Assembly (NCBI GenBank): GCA_051453625.1
Contig: JBOZIK010000001.1
Location: 6,058,693-6,116,826 of the forward strand
Source: Welwitschia mirabilis
Lineage: Eukaryota
Direction of reading: 5' to 3'
Length of the DNA: 58,134 bases
A program made the translations under genes and the position numbers. This document shows positions 13,573-27,980 of this stretch, in pieces; the stretch's first letter is position 1, and each line of letters starts with the position of its first letter. The notes beneath the pieces are model-generated. The model searched no databases, was not told where the DNA came from, and saw only the letters and a program-made list of their open reading frames with translations.

Positions 13573-14952
13573 TGCTAGATTATGTTTTGCCAATTAATGT
13601 CAAACTAATGTTTTCTTGTGCAGAAAATATTAGCTACTTGTAGGTTAGATGCTGAAGCTAGAAATGTTACATTCTAAGCACTAGAAATCTATCAAGTTTA
13701 CTTACCCTCTTAAAGGATCGACTGAAATTTCAAGGAGTCAACCATACCTAGAGCATACTATTAGAACTAAACTGAATTTAAAAGGATCAATTAAATTTTT
13801 AAGGGGTCGATCAGATCTGTGAACCTGAGAACCAATACTCCTGAACCAATTATCAAGGGGTCGACTGGATCTTTAGGGGTCAACTAGACCTAAGCACTAT
13901 GCACCTAATATCCTTAAGCTAATTATTAAGGGATCGACTAGATACCTAAAGGGTCAATCAGACCTGATATAGAAAACTGGAATGAATCTTTATTAGGATG
14001 AGTGAGTAACCAGATAGATATGTAGGTGACCAGATGAGGGGTCGACTAGATATAGAGCCATAAGAAACTGGGATAATAAAAAAGTTCACTCGGGTAACCT
14101 GTTTAAGTCACAACATTAGGAGGGGTCAACTAGACATTTGAAGAGTCAGCCAACTAGAACAAAAACAAAATTTAATATCCATTGTGTATCCATTTTATAG
14201 CTATTGTAAGCGTGTTTTTACTTGTAATAAACCCTAAAATCCTTCCATTATAAATAGCCAAAAGAAAGGTTACTAGAAAGACTTTTTGACTCTTGACTGA
14301 AAGACTAAATCTTGTGATTTTCACTATAGCATCTTAACATTGTATTACTGGCTAAGGAAAATCCATCATTTGTTATATATGTACATTCAAGGTCAGATCT
14401 GGTACTTCATTGTTATATCATCTATAGGAGAAGAGCTCCTTTATAATCGTTGTACTAAAGAATGAGTGATATCAGTGCAACAAGGCATTGTATCATCACT
14501 ATTATACATTGTTGAAAGGTTGAGACTTAGCCTATAAAAGTCCATTAAAAGGTTGAGACTTATCCTATAAAATTTCATTGAAAGGTTGAGATTTATCTTG
14601 CACAAGTTCATTAGAAAGGCTGAGACTTATCCTACAAAAGTATGTGTGTAAAGGTTACAAGTGAACCTATAATACCTGAAAGAGTTAATGAAGATCTGGA
14701 TTAGGCTTGTCGATAAGTTGATCATTAAAAGTGAAGTAGAGGATTTTCCAAACCATTATAAAACTTACATGCATATGATCGGTATTTTATACTTTCTATT
14801 AGTTTCATTTTTCTGAATACTTTTACTTTTCCTTTTTATGCATGAGTTTGTTAGTTATTTATTTTAAGCAAGTTTTTATTATATTGTAAGTTTATTTATA
14901 TAATTTTTAAAATAACCTATTCATCCCCACTCTAGGGTTCTCGATTATCGCA
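13573..14952 (+). repeat. 3' LTR of SIRE-type element
   Basis: TG...CA termini, colinear with 7068-8476, followed by the target duplication ATAAC. Confidence 0.92.
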
Positions 14953-16340
14953 ATAACCACTATATCCATCTAAAAAGCAATAAAAAGCATGTCCTTAAAT
15001 CCTATTAAGTATCTAATTGAGAAATGGTAGAGGGCAATGATTACTTTTTTTAACTTAAATCAATTTTTTAAAATCTAATCATACTCTCCATTTCCACCCT
15101 TCTTTGGTACTACAGTCAAGGAACTAACCCATTCACAATCTGATATAGTGTAAATGATTTTAACATCTATTAACTTGATTCTTTTTTTCTTAACTACTTG
15201 TTTAAATGCTAGATTTAATCTTCTTTGTGATTGCCTAATAGGTTTTGCATTTTTCTTAAGATAGATTTTATGCTAAATCATAGAAAGAGGAATAGCAGAT
15301 AATCTTTATAAGACCAAGCGAATGCATGAATTTTGGAAGTTAAAGGGAGATTAAGGTTGACTTTTATTTAGAGAAAAAAATTTCATTGATTATAAGAGGT
15401 TTGTTCTGGTCGTTACAAAAAAAAATATACTTTAGTCCACTAGGAAGATTTTTTAGATTCAGATTTAAATTAATATTTTTAGTTTCTGACTCATGTAGTG
15501 GATGATCTCCCTTAAGCTGTGAGTTTTCACTTATTGTTAATAGTTGTACTTCCTTATAGACTAAGAGTTCTATTTGTTTTTCATTCTAATCTAAAAAGTT
15601 ATTTTTTGAATATTTAAAGTTGGATGCATCAAAAGTTTCTAAGTTTTTAATCTCAAGTGGATCATTATAAAGCATAGGTTCATGTAACATTAGNNNNNNN
15701 NNNNNNNNNNNNNNNNNNNNNNNNNNNNNNNNNNNNNNNNNNNNNNNNNNNNNNNNNNNNNNNNNNNNNNNNNNNNNNNNNNNNNNNNNNNNNAAGTTGG
15801 ATGCATCAAAAGTTTCTAAGTTTTTAATCTCAAGTGGATCATTATAAAGCATAGGTTCATGTAACATTAGCCATCTTTCTTCAAGCAGACGATGTTAAAG
15901 GATTATGATTAGTTTAATTTTATTTTGTACATCCCATTCATCACCTAGGTCTTTCTCATCTACATTAAAAACTCTAATTAAAAACTTTTGTTTTATAGAT
16001 GACACTCCATTATACCAGTCCTTGTATCTATAATGCAATGAGTTATTGCACAGAAGGCTCTTCCTAGAAGCAATGGATAACTTCCATTATGTTCTACCTC
16101 TATGATAACCACATCTATTGGCTAGAATGCCTCTTTAATTTAAATTATTAAATCTTTAATAACCCCTAAGAGTTTCTTAACCGAGGTGTCTACTAATTCT
16201 AAGAGAATCTGGGTAAGTTCTATTCTACTTTCTAAATCAAGTCTCTTACAAATATGTAATGGCATGATATTAACACTTGATCCAATGCTGATCAAATCCC
16301 TTTTGATCCTTTTATCTCCCTCTAATGTAACACTCACTGT
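14953..16340 (-). pseudogene. Gypsy protease and RT N-terminal remnant
   Basis: ORF 16140-16337 LISIGSSVNIMPL (canonical LxDLGASINLMP). RT motifs YTISDCEWVSSLTVVPKKGG, DHCPLPFLN and FLDGYSGY are continuous with 7067 across the insertion. Confidence 0.88.
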
Positions 16341-17399
16341 TATTGCCCTTAGATCCCTAAATTTTAGAGATTTTTTTAATATTAAATTTTGAGAGATTGA
16401 GCTAAAAATACTTTCCTAGAAATAATTGATTTTTGTTTTCTTCTTATTAAGTCTTTTCATAGCTTAGAGAATTTCAAATTTTCTTGCAAAAGTTTCTAGA
16501 ATGATAAGTCTATACTCACATTTTGCATTAAGATTTTGAGATGTTCATCAAAGGTTGGTTTCTTTTCTATTTATTATGAAAAATTTTTCTTTTTACTTTT
16601 ATCAAGAAAAGGGAAGTTGTTATGTTATAGTATTTCAATTTCCTCTTATTTCTCATCATCCCTAATGTTGTTTTGGGAGGTTGATGCTTCACAAGAAGAA
16701 GGGTCTGCTTCATATTCACTTTATGTCACAACATTATAATCTTTTCTCACATTGTTGGGATCCAGTACAGGTTGTGCTGCTAATGATCCTTGTGATATTT
16801 GATTTGTCAACATTGTTTATTGAAAAACATTTACTAAGTTTTCAATGCTAAAGTTTATCTTTTTTGTGATTTTCTAAGTTCATCTATATAATTTCTAAGT
16901 GAATCATCCTAATGTTGAAAGTTTAATGAACTTGATTGAAAGTTTGAATTTTTAAATCGATTTTTAAAATTTTGAAAATTTTTGATTATTTTTTTTGAAA
17001 GATTTAAAAAGTGAATTGTGTATGCATCCTAGGTGGTAAATAGTTTTGGTTTTGGTTTTGGTTTTGGAAGTTTGAAAATTTTTGGTTAAAAGCACAAACT
17101 TTTTCATGTATTTTCTTCTTGTATGTTAGTAATAGTAGACGATCCTTAATTATGTAATAGTTAACCTTACATAAGTCGCATGTTGGCACAACACTCTTCT
17201 TAGTTGCTGATTTTGAATCTAGAATCATCTTAGTATATTCTCTAAAGTTATTGTAAATTCTTTAATCAAATTCACAAGGTTGTCTTCTGATTTATCTACC
17301 TCCTTTTCTTGTTTTATCTCTTTCAATCTTTGATGATTTTTCCTATAGTGTGATAATCTATTAATGTTCGCCAATCTTGGCTCACCTCTACATGTTATT

Positions 17400-17983
17400 C
17401 TAATGTTTTCCAAGAACTTTATAATGTGAGGTTTATTAGGGTTCCATAATAAGAGAAATCTACAAGTTATTTCATTTGGTTGTTTAGTCCACTATAAAAG
17501 TAATTGATTAGTTCTTCTCATGTAAAAGAATCTATTAGATTAGATTGAATTGCAATAAAGAAGAGTTCCTATGTCAAATCATAATCCTCATTTGGTTGCT
17601 GTTGGAAATTAGCCACTTCTTTTTTTCTTTCCCTAATGACGCTTTACTCATAAATCTTTTAATGAAAGTTTCCTAGACTTAATTCCAAATCTTTAAATCT
17701 TATGGGGTATAGTTCTCAACCAAATTTTTACGTTTCCTTTTAACATAATGGGAAAAATTACCATATAAGTATGATCATTAATTCTTTCCTTTTCATTTCT
17801 AGAGGTAAGAAATAATTGTTCAATATCTACAATGTGTTGCAAAGTGTCTTCATCATGTTCACTGCTAAAGATGGGAGAGGCATTTAAATTCTTTAATTTA
17901 ACATCATCTCTTGAGGGTAGATCAAAAGGATTTTGTATTTTCCATTTCCTATTAGATATTAGTTCCTTAAGAGTAAAATTCAC
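17400..17983 (-). pseudogene. Gypsy gag remnant
   Basis: ORF 17693-17983 (PIFSSEHDEDTLQHI...FPIMLKGNVKIWL) resembles Retrotrans_gag (FPFSLxGxAKxWL). Confidence 0.75.
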
Positions 17984-18692
17984 ATTAGGATAAGGGGTTG
18001 AAGAGCCTATGACTTAATTTTGTTTTGGTGCAGCATCTAACATATTAAAACTATCTTCTTTTAAATTATCTTTTAAAAAATTTTCTTACATGGAATTGTA
18101 TTCATAAAAAATCAACTCAGAGGGGGTATTGTATGCACCTTAAGATTGTGTACTTACTTTTATTTCAAAGTCGACCAATGTTTCTCTAATATTTTCCTCT
18201 ATCAGTAGCCTTTTTCTCTAATATTTCTTTACCAAATTGACCATGTCAAATAACGTTTTAGATAGAAAACAACAAAAAAATGAAATAAAAAACAACTAAA
18301 AGTCATTCTTCTGGTCATGGGAACGACAAAGGGGATGATAAAAATAGAAAGCAGAACTAAAAATTACTGTAAATAGAAAAACATAAGTAAAGAATCAAGC
18401 TATCATCCACCTTATCATGGGGATGATAGTGGAGATGATGGTTATCTTTCTACTGCTAAAGCTACAAAAAGAAAAACTTACAGAGAAAATAAATTAAGAA
18501 ATTTATGCTATCATTCTCAATGTTATGGGGATATAAAAGAGAATGATAGACGCTTATTACAAATTGAGAAAAACAGAAAACTACAAACAAAAAGCTCATG
18601 ATAAAGATACAGCATCACTACAAATAAATATTTAAATATAAATCTAATTTACTTACCTAAGTAATGATAATCCTTATGCTCCTTAGCAAGCT

Positions 18693-18710
18693 TCCTTGGC
18701 AACAGTGCCA
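18693..18710 (-). other. Primer binding site, tRNA-Asp type (Athila)
   Basis: Minus strand TGGCACTGTTGCCAAGGA versus canonical TGGCGCCGTTGCCGGGGA; all differences are transitions. Confidence 0.85.
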
Positions 18711-18713
18711 AGA

Positions 18714-19908
18714 TGTTGCATTGTATAATTTTGTAATTCTTTACTTCTTACTGAATCTAGTTAATCACAAATAGATATATTACAAAATACAATACACTAG
18801 TATGAATGGAAGTGACTAAAATGTTATAAACCTATTCAAGGTGTGCAAGGGAAGAAGGAGAATTAAGTTTTGAAAGAAAATGGTGTATCCAAATGTAAGA
18901 ATAATGTAAGAAGATAAATATGCAAGGTAATGCAAATGAAATCTAACTTAGATGAATACCTATTCGATTACTGAATTGACTTGTCAAGAAGATTAACCTT
19001 GTAGGGAGAGTGTCACTGACTAAAACTAACTTAAGCTATCAAGTAAGTCAAATAAATGCAATGCAAAATGCTTCTAAACTATTATCATCAACCTTAACAA
19101 AGGTTTCCCTTAAGATCTATATCATTAAGGGGCTATTACTAAATCAAGAACAATATAAATCATAAGGGATATTAATAGTATAAATAAAAAAAAGAAAGTA
19201 AAGTTTGTATTAAGAATCAAACCAGAATCTAGGTTACAAAATAGCCGCACCTCAATGGAGGATGCACAACCCAACACTAAGAAAAATCTTTCTATAACTT
19301 ACAAGATGGATCTTCTATCCTTCTATCTTCTGTTACGACAATTTTTGATGCAAATAAAGATGATAAGAATATCTAGGAGGGGTTACAACATGGAAGGCAA
19401 AACCATCATACAAAATGTGCTGAAAAATGTACACAAATCCAAGAAAGAAACAGATGAAATGGATGAAGGTGGGTTGATCATTTTAGGTGTCATCCTAACT
19501 GTCATCGGGACAACCAAGGGGATAATGATACATACATTATCATTTCTTATTTTGCATGTTGTGGGAATGATAATGAAGATACTACCTCTTTAGAAAAGAT
19601 GACTCAAGTAGTACTAGATGTAGTCCATGTCAGCATTCCCATGTGGCTTGTGCAGGGCTGTCGTCCTGCCTATTGTGGGGACAATAGTGGGGATGACAAT
19701 TTTCTTTATCTTTCTAACTCAAAAGAAGATAACCTCTAGTATTATTGATCTTACTTCAAAGTATTAAGCATCAGAATAAACCTAAAAAGGCCTCTAAACA
19801 TGCTAAGAATTATGTGTTTCTGTGATCATTTATCAACTATTCATAATCCTCAGAATTGCATCTAAACCTGTATAAATGTCTTATGAAATAGCTCATAAAA
19901 CCCCATCA
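18714..19908 (-). repeat. 5' LTR of Athila-like element
   Basis: Minus strand begins TGATGGGGTTT and ends TGCAACA just before the PBS. No partner LTR in the window to confirm the ends. Confidence 0.65.
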
Positions 19909-19924
19909 AATATATACAATTTGG

Positions 19925-22900
19925 TAGTACATTGAGGCATAATCTCATCCATTACATGAGTGTTGGTAAGTTATCCAGTCTAACTGATCCTTCATAGCCC
20001 TTCATAAGCATGGAAAGTATGAACAAATGTGCATAAGATCCATCTGATAATAATGATTATGAATATTATAGAAGTATCCTCAAACAACTCATTCGATATA
20101 AAAAAACTTAATAATAAAGTAGCTTCACCTAAGAATTACTAATATCAAATTAATATGCATTAATAATAAAAGAATGAAACCTACTCAAGAACTAGTGTCA
20201 TGCATAGATTACCAATACTAAGTAAATTATCATTAACAAAGAAAGAATAAAAACCTAATAGTTTTATTAAGATTTAAAGTATACATTATATCAAAGAAAA
20301 AAGAGATGAAGATGAAGGAATCCTCAACTAGTCTTAGAATAATCCGCCCCCAAGAAAGATGATTATAACACCATAACATCTTAGCACTCCAAGTCTTTTC
20401 CCATGTTAACCAATCAACATATTCATTACAATGGGTACTCGAGGCCCTTATATAGATTAGGAAGGCTTGCAGAGCTTGTCATGATTGTGTTAGATGAGTA
20501 ATTAATGGGCAGTTAAATAAGGGAATATATTAGAAAAATTACTTAAGGAGGAAGTTATAATGATTTAGCATGTAGCCACTAAGGAGGATGTTTTATTTTC
20601 TTATGTAAGTGTGATGATGACATTTCCTTTGACTATTGCTAATGGGACGTCCTGTTGTATGTCTTCTATGTGATCATTCTCATTACTTACAAATGTTACT
20701 ACTATACATTATTTTGTACTTCCATCAATTATTATTAGGTTTGAAGATTTATTTCTAGATTGCTTCTGACTTAACCCATAAGTAAATTGTGATGAACTCC
20801 TTGAATTCTTACAATAACATGAGATTGCTCATATTTTACCCCAGGAAGCCAATGGCATAGATATTTTTGGCCAATAGCATTAGCATTATTTGTTGGAATT
20901 CCTTCAAATTTTTTAACATTCTCCAAAAGCCAATAGTAAACCTGTTAATATTAGGGGAAAGCTCATACTTACATGAAAACATGATGAAAAGGATAAAATA
21001 CATAATTTTATGATAAATAGATGAATTAAGTATGTTTTCTATGATAAATTTATTAAATTTACTTACTTAGAATATTAATTCTTACATGTAAATACACCCC
21101 CTAACTAGAACTTTGCTAGACCCTTAGAAAATGTTGATAATTAAATGATCAACATGAAAATTTTGACTAAATGAAAATTTTTAAGTAGAGAAATGACATG
21201 ATTTTTAAATTTTTTTAATCAATTTTCAATAAATAAGACATCAAAATTAAAAAATGTTCTATGAAAATAGATGCTATACCTTCTAATCAAAACTAAACTC
21301 TATTCTCAAAATTAAAGAGATAGAAAATTTGATGTAAAGTTTTTGAAAATAAATCATAAGGCTAATAAATGATATTGATATAAGTATTTTAGAAAAAACA
21401 ATAATGCAAGCTAAGGGAAAAACAAAACATGAAATCTAATGGAAATTGCCTCATCCACAAAGTTAACAGATAGAATACCTAAGTTAGTGGCTAAATTTAT
21501 TGAAAATTATGCAGATTTTATTCTAAATTTGAAATGCATTACAATATCATTCAAATAAGATATCCTCTAAGTAGACCTATAAGAAATAAAAATCAGTTAA
21601 GCAAACTTTTACATATACAAGTTAAAAAAAGTAAACATAAAAGAATCTTCCAATTCCAACTTTTTCATGCCAATTTTTACTTTAGTTATTTCTTATTTCA
21701 AGCATTTAGATCAAATTAGGTATTCAATGTTGTGACATATTCTTCTAATAGCTTTAAGCATGTTGATGTATGAAGGAGTCAATGTTGCATTGCCAGTAGG
21801 AATTTATGGTTCCAATGCAGTTGAACATGCCATAAAGTAAATTATTAAAGATGCATTATCAATGAGCATACATGGCCTTGATGTAGTTAAAAAAAATCCA
21901 ATTTTAATTAATTAATGTATAATGTGTTGTTTAGAGAGGAGATATTTCATTTTCTTTAAATTACTTCTTCTTATATTCAATTAATGTTGATGCACATAAA
22001 GGAGTCATTGGCTCATTATCCTAATCAAGACAACTCTTGTCCCTATAAAATGTTTTAAAAACAATTAACCTAGCATGAAAGTAAATTCCACCTTAGTTTA
22101 ACCACATTTTCTAATTAAGAGATCTCAAGTGATATCAACTTTAACAAGTTAACTTGAAAACAAGCAAAACCTTTTCTTAAAAAACTATGAGTAGAATTAA
22201 ATTTCCCTAATTTGTAATGACAAGGTGACCATCTATTAATAATTTATTTCATTAAGAGACATCAACTAGAATCATCTAATTTTATGAACTTGTGAATGAA
22301 TGGAAGGGAAAGATGTTTGATAAACTTAAGGAGGTAGTGCCAAGGTAGAAGGGGTGGGTAAGGAGTTTTGAAACGATGGCGGTTTATTCTATGTTATGGA
22401 TGAAATTTTGGATTTACTATATGAAAACATTTAAGACAGTGATTATATAAGTGGAATCACTTAATTAGTTTAAGATGAGAAAGGTTATCAGGCGTAAATG
22501 TTTTTAGGATTTTCAATTTTTTAATCTAAAATTTATCCTAAGGAAAATCTACCCTAAAAGAAAAATCTAATATAAAAGCATATAATAAAGCTAAAAATTT
22601 AGACAAGGGTTTTTCAAGGTAATTCATGCATGAAAAATTAAGATGATGAATGCTAAGGTTGGCTAATGAATTAAGATTATGTAAAACATTCAAAGATGAG
22701 ATAAAATCCTTAGATATGTTTAGGCATGAATCCATAAAAATTGGAACAATATCAATACTAGTAATAAAATTAATGCATTCTAAATAAAAAATTATCCATC
22801 CTTTAGCTTATTTTTTCTTATTCAACAACTCATGTAAGACATCATTTTAGCATCAAGAAAATTATGTGTTGGAGATCATTGTAAAGGCAAATAATTATCG

Positions 22901-25900
22901 AGAAAGGTATTAGAAGATGATTCCAAAGGTATAAAAGGTTTGTCTTCATCATCGAGGCTTGAGTCTTGCTTAGAAGATAAATGATATAACATAAATAGGT
23001 CCTTCACTAATGTTCTCCTTTTTAGTAGGGTTGGTAGGGGATTCTTGCTCAAGTGGTTGTATAAACAATGATGATTATGATGTTATCTTTTCCTCATCAA
23101 TGTTATTTATTAACTCATCATATAGTTTATGGTCTTTCTGAAACATTGATTAATTACTACTGATTGATCATCATTTGATGCATCTAATCTTACTTTAAAG
23201 TATAACCTACTTATACTTACTCAATTACTATTTAAGACATTTTAAAACTCTAGGTCCTATTGGCTTTTCTCACAAATTTTGTCATGGGTTTCTTCATGGT
23301 TTCATTCTCATTCTTAAAGGATATGGTTTAGGTTTCATTAATTTTACTATCATCTATCTTCTCAAAGCTATTATGACTTATAAGTTTGTGGAATGTAGAA
23401 AGTTTATTCTCTTGTTACTGATTAAGAGCCCTTATGATTTGATCATTAGTCTGGGCTTTTGTTAAAGGATTTTCTCAATATTTTACTTGGTTTTATTATC
23501 ATTTCTTCTAAAGATTAAGAAGGGGATTGAAGCATGTTGGAAGCATATTTTAAAGATCTTTGAAAGGTATCTTTAAATAAAGGTAAAATGATTTATTAGG
23601 TGTAGTAAGGGTATTGGTTAAATGATAAAAAATATACAAAGAAAGATAAAGGGCTATGAGAGGTAATAAAAGACATGCCATCAAAATCTTCTTGATTGAT
23701 ATAAGGATTTTTAAATTTAACATTGAAAGGAGATTGATCTATATATGTATAGGGTTGAAAATACTCTTCAAAGGTTTGTCTAGTATTAAAAGGATTTAGG
23801 GGTTATGAATTATATGAATTACAGTAAAGCTAGTCCTCTATATTTTGTTTAGATCAACTAAAATCTCCTATAGTTTATTTAGGTTAATTATGGCTCTGAA
23901 AACTATATAGGTAGATAGGTTGTAATTCACAAGACATTTTGAATGGATTAGGAGTCCAACTCATTTCTAGGTTTTAAAAAAGGAGTTATGCTTTTAACTA
24001 AAGGTTTACATTTTACTAACTTTTTACAATTTTAAAGGAAGCCTGATATCTTAAAGGTTTCAAGAAGTTTTTGAAAGTTTGTAGTTAAAGTATCAGAGTT
24101 TTTGTAGTATACAAGCTGGTGGCACTAGTTAATAAAGGTAATAGTGCTGGTTTTTTGGAGAGAAATAGTGTGCAAAAAAAATAGAGATCTTATTTGATTT
24201 GCATAATAAGATTTACATTGGGAGATCTTAGAAGACTTTAGCATAAAATTGAATCTCCTGTAACAAAAAAAAATTTACGACCTAGAAAAGTAGATCCTAC
24301 ATATTTTTTTAATAAAAATAAAACTAAATAAATCTAAAAAAATTATAGAAATCACAAATAAATATATATATAAGGACCTTAGAGTTGAATTTAGTTTTTC
24401 TCCTTTTTTGATCTAAATTTTAATTGCAACCTATAAGAAAATTATTAGAACTATAATACAAAATATCAGATATATAATATATTTTAGATTAGAATGAAAA
24501 ACTAAACAAAACTTACAAAGCAAACTAATTTAGATTTCACTAGAAAAGAACCAGTACCCCCTTCTAAAAATAAAAGAAAACATATAAACAAAAGAAACAA
24601 GGATTAGTTTGGGTATCATTTGAAAAATGACTAGTACCCTCCACTAGGAAAATAAAAACTAACTAAAAATTGTAAGAAGAAAATCATGCACTCTTGAAGA
24701 GATACCATGTGAAAATCTCTAGTAGTGGTACCAAAATTTATTCATGTACAATAATGAACTGAATTTGACTAGGTAGAATCTAGTATAATTTTTCCATAGG
24801 GATATATGTGGTAACTTAATCAAAAGAAATATGATTAATTCAACTTATAATAAAACTCAAACAAACTAAAACAATTAGAAAGTTGAGAAGAAAGTGATCT
24901 TTGCTTAGTAATGTAAGGGAAGAACTATTCTAAAGGTCTAACTAATTCATCCAAGCTCCACCTTCACTTCAATAATCTTATATCCTAAAACACAACTAAA
25001 ATCATAAAATTATTAAGGCTTAGTGTGAAGGTATAATCTCATCCACCACATGAGTATTAATGAATTACCTAGTCTAACTAATTTTGTATAGCCCATCATA
25101 ATCATGGAAAGTATGAACAAATTTTCACAAGATACATCAAATCATAACGTCTATCAATATCATATAAGTAACCTCAAACAACTTACTCCTTGAAAGAACT
25201 TGATAATAAAGTATTTTTACCTATGAATTACTAATACCAAGTTAATATGCATTAATAATAAAAGAATGAAATGTACTTAAGAACTATCCTCATCTAAAGA
25301 TTGTCAATAGTAAGTAAATAATCATTAATAATGAAATAATAAAAATATAATCTTTGTATTAAAACTAAATGTATACATTCCATTAATGGAGAAAGATAGA
25401 TAAAGGACCCCTCAACTAGCCTTGGAACAATCCGCTTCCAAGAAAAATGATTAGAATTCCATGATGTCCAAACAATCCAAGTCTTTTCCCACATTAACCA
25501 ATCAAAAGCATTTATTATAATGGCTGCTTATGGCCCTTTTATAGGTTAGGAAATGTTTGAATAGCTTATCATGATTATGTTAGATGAGTGATTGGTGGGC
25601 AATTACATAATTGGTTACATTATGACTATTACTTAAGGAGGAATTTACAAACGTTTAGTATATCACCATGAAGAAGGATTCTTTATATTCATATGTAAGC
25701 ATGGCAGTTATATGTCCTTTGACTATTATTGACAGTGCCAATAGATCCCATATGATGTGTCTTTCACATGATCATCCTCGTTGCTACCACATGTCACTGT
25801 GATGTGTTATTTTGTATTTTTACCAAGTGTCGTTAGATCTGAAGAGTTAGTGTGGATAATTTCTAACTTAGCCCATAAGTTAACTATGATAAACTCCCCG

Positions 25901-26192
25901 AATTATTACAAGAATATGAGATTGATCATATTTTGCATCAAAAAGCTAGCGGCACTAGTAGTGTTGGTCGATGGTGCTAATATTATTTGCTGGAATTCCT
26001 TTAAATTTTGCGAAGATCTTCAAAAACCAGTAATAAACTTGCTAATGTTAGAATAAAGCTAATATTTACATGAAAATATGATAAAAAGGATTAAAAATAT
26101 CATTTTATAATAAATTAAAGAATTAAATGTCTTTTACTATGCTAAATTAATCAATTGTACTCGCTTAGAATGTTGATTTTTGCATGTAAATA
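19925..26192 (-). mobile_element. Non-autonomous (LARD-like) LTR element: 5' LTR 24739-26192, Asp-type PBS 24716-24733, ~3.6 kb internal region without recognisable pol, PPT 21095-21105, truncated 3' LTR ~19925-21094
   Basis: ~19925-21094 aligns with ~25015-26192. Minus-strand PPT TTAGGGGGTG abuts the LTR start TATTTACATG. PBS TGGTACCACTACTAGAGA differs from TGGCGCCGCTGCCGGGGA only by transitions. Confidence 0.8.
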
Positions 26193-26399
26193 CTCTAGTA
26201 CTAAGGATTTTTCATCATTAAGTGAAAACTTGCATATAATTCCTATTTTCTTAATTTCATTCACACTTGAATTTATCCTTTTTTTTTTAAATGAAATTTA
26301 ATTCTCATTACTAAAGAAAACTAGCAGATTAGACTCCTACATAAAACATCAAGAGTAGGCCTTAAACTGTTAAAAATTATAGGACTAACTGATAACCTG

Positions 26400-27980
26400 C
26401 CTATGCTATCAGCATTGTAAGAAAAACTCTTCTGAAAACAAGATTAAACTAATGAAAAATAAGGAACCAAAGGTGGCCCTGTAATCAACACTGAAACATG
26501 GGAGCATAGAAAAACATTCAAAATTTGAAAGACAGGGTTTGAATGCATTTAGTTCTTCTATAGGATTTGTAAACTGCATCTTCTATAGAAGTGTCTAACA
26601 TAGCACAGGGAATCCTCAGGAAAGTAACTTTTCTGATTTGCATATCTTTATTGAGTTATATTAACCAAATAGAGGGTCTTATACCTAGTCTTGGAAGATT
26701 TTCCTGATTGCCTAAATTGATGCCTACTTCTTTCTCTAATCATCTGCATCTGCAAATGAGTGCTTTCTAGCAAGAAATATGATCTTGATGCTTAATCTAT
26801 AGGGATGCTTCATCTCTTCTCATTAGTCTATTGATTATTTGAAAGCCTTTAGATTAGAAAGCATAGGCAGGGAACTGCTCCTTTAATTTCTTTTGCTCAT
26901 GAAGTAAGGGAAGATACTCATTAAGTGATACCATCTATGATTCTGCAAGATGTTTTTAAGCTTTTGAATTAACTTTAGATTGTAATATAACTGACCTTGG
27001 AGTTTTCTGACTAGACTTTAAGATTTGAAGTCTAGGTTATTAAATATCTTTACATTTCTACTTTGTCGGATTTCATTTTATACTAGCAGAAATTAGAGAT
27101 TTTATAATACAATGCTAGGTAGATCTAGATTTGAATCTATGATTAAACTAATGCATCTAAGTTGTCTAGTTATTTAAGAAAGGTTGGAGATGAATTAGCT
27201 TTAGAACTTCTTAATGAAAGCTAAAGTAGAAGAGGCATTAAAAGAATAGGTAATCTCTTGTATTTAGCCTTCTTACAGAAAGAACATATGACATCAGTCT
27301 AGATTCCAATCTTGGCTAATCTTTCTTTTGTACAAAGCTTGTTGTTGTAGGCCGACTAAGATATGAAAGAGTATTTGGGAGTAACATACCTGTTCCAGAT
27401 TAAGAAGTACCAGTCTACATTGGAATAATGATCACATAATTGAGACTATGTGGAAGAAGTATAGAAAGGCGTACCAGGTGCTTTCCAAATCAAAGGATCT
27501 AATGCTGGATAAATGCAAATCTCTACTAGGATTCTCAGGTTTAACACTTTTCAAATGATCCAAGAAGTTATCTTTATCTAATAATGCTAAATGTTTGGGT
27601 GTTTAAAATAATATTCATAACATCATTAACCCACAGGTTGTTCTTCTTGAGAGCTAGATCCCAAAGCTAAGATAAGATTAGCACTTGTTCATCTTTATAG
27701 AGTCAATTAGACCTAGACCCTTTACTGACTTTGGTTTTACTAAGATGTTCCAGCCCACTAAGGCCTTCTTGGATTGATCATTAGAACCTATCTAAAGGAA
27801 TTTCCTGCATGAAGAATTGATTTCGTTGATCATTTTCTTGAGGAGAATAAAAACTCTACAATAGAAAGATATAAGGCTTTGAAGAACAGCCTTAACTAAT
27901 ACAAGCCTACTACATAGGAAAGGAATTTGATTGTCTAGGACCTAATTCAATTTGTTATCCTCAAAATGATAGGAAAACAA
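26400..27980 (-). mobile_element. LINE (L1 clade) 3' fragment: post-RT / zf-RVT region
   Basis: Minus-strand remnants such as RLVLVKAVLQSL, CRVFILLKKMINEINSSCRKFL and a C-x2-C motif (CSFCKK) near 27280. Confidence 0.7.

Larger units (their letters stand above)
7068..14952 (+). mobile_element. Ty1/Copia SIRE (Sirevirus)-type LTR element, internally deleted (no IN/RT/RH), with env-like ORF
   Basis: Two ~1.4 kb LTRs, tRNA-Met PBS, two PPT-like signatures, 5-bp target duplication ATAAT (7063-7067) / ATAAC (14953-14957), and Copia gag and protease motifs. Confidence 0.92.
1..19908 (-). mobile_element. Degenerate Ty3/Gypsy LTR retrotransposon, Athila-like; interrupted by a nested Copia element at 7068-14952; 3' LTR not recognised, probably beyond the window start
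   Basis: On the minus strand the order is LTR (19908-18714), Asp-type PBS, gag (~17983-17400), protease (~16340-16000), RT, RNase H, integrase, extra ORF. This is the Gypsy domain order, and the motifs are Athila-like. Many stops and frameshifts. Confidence 0.88.
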
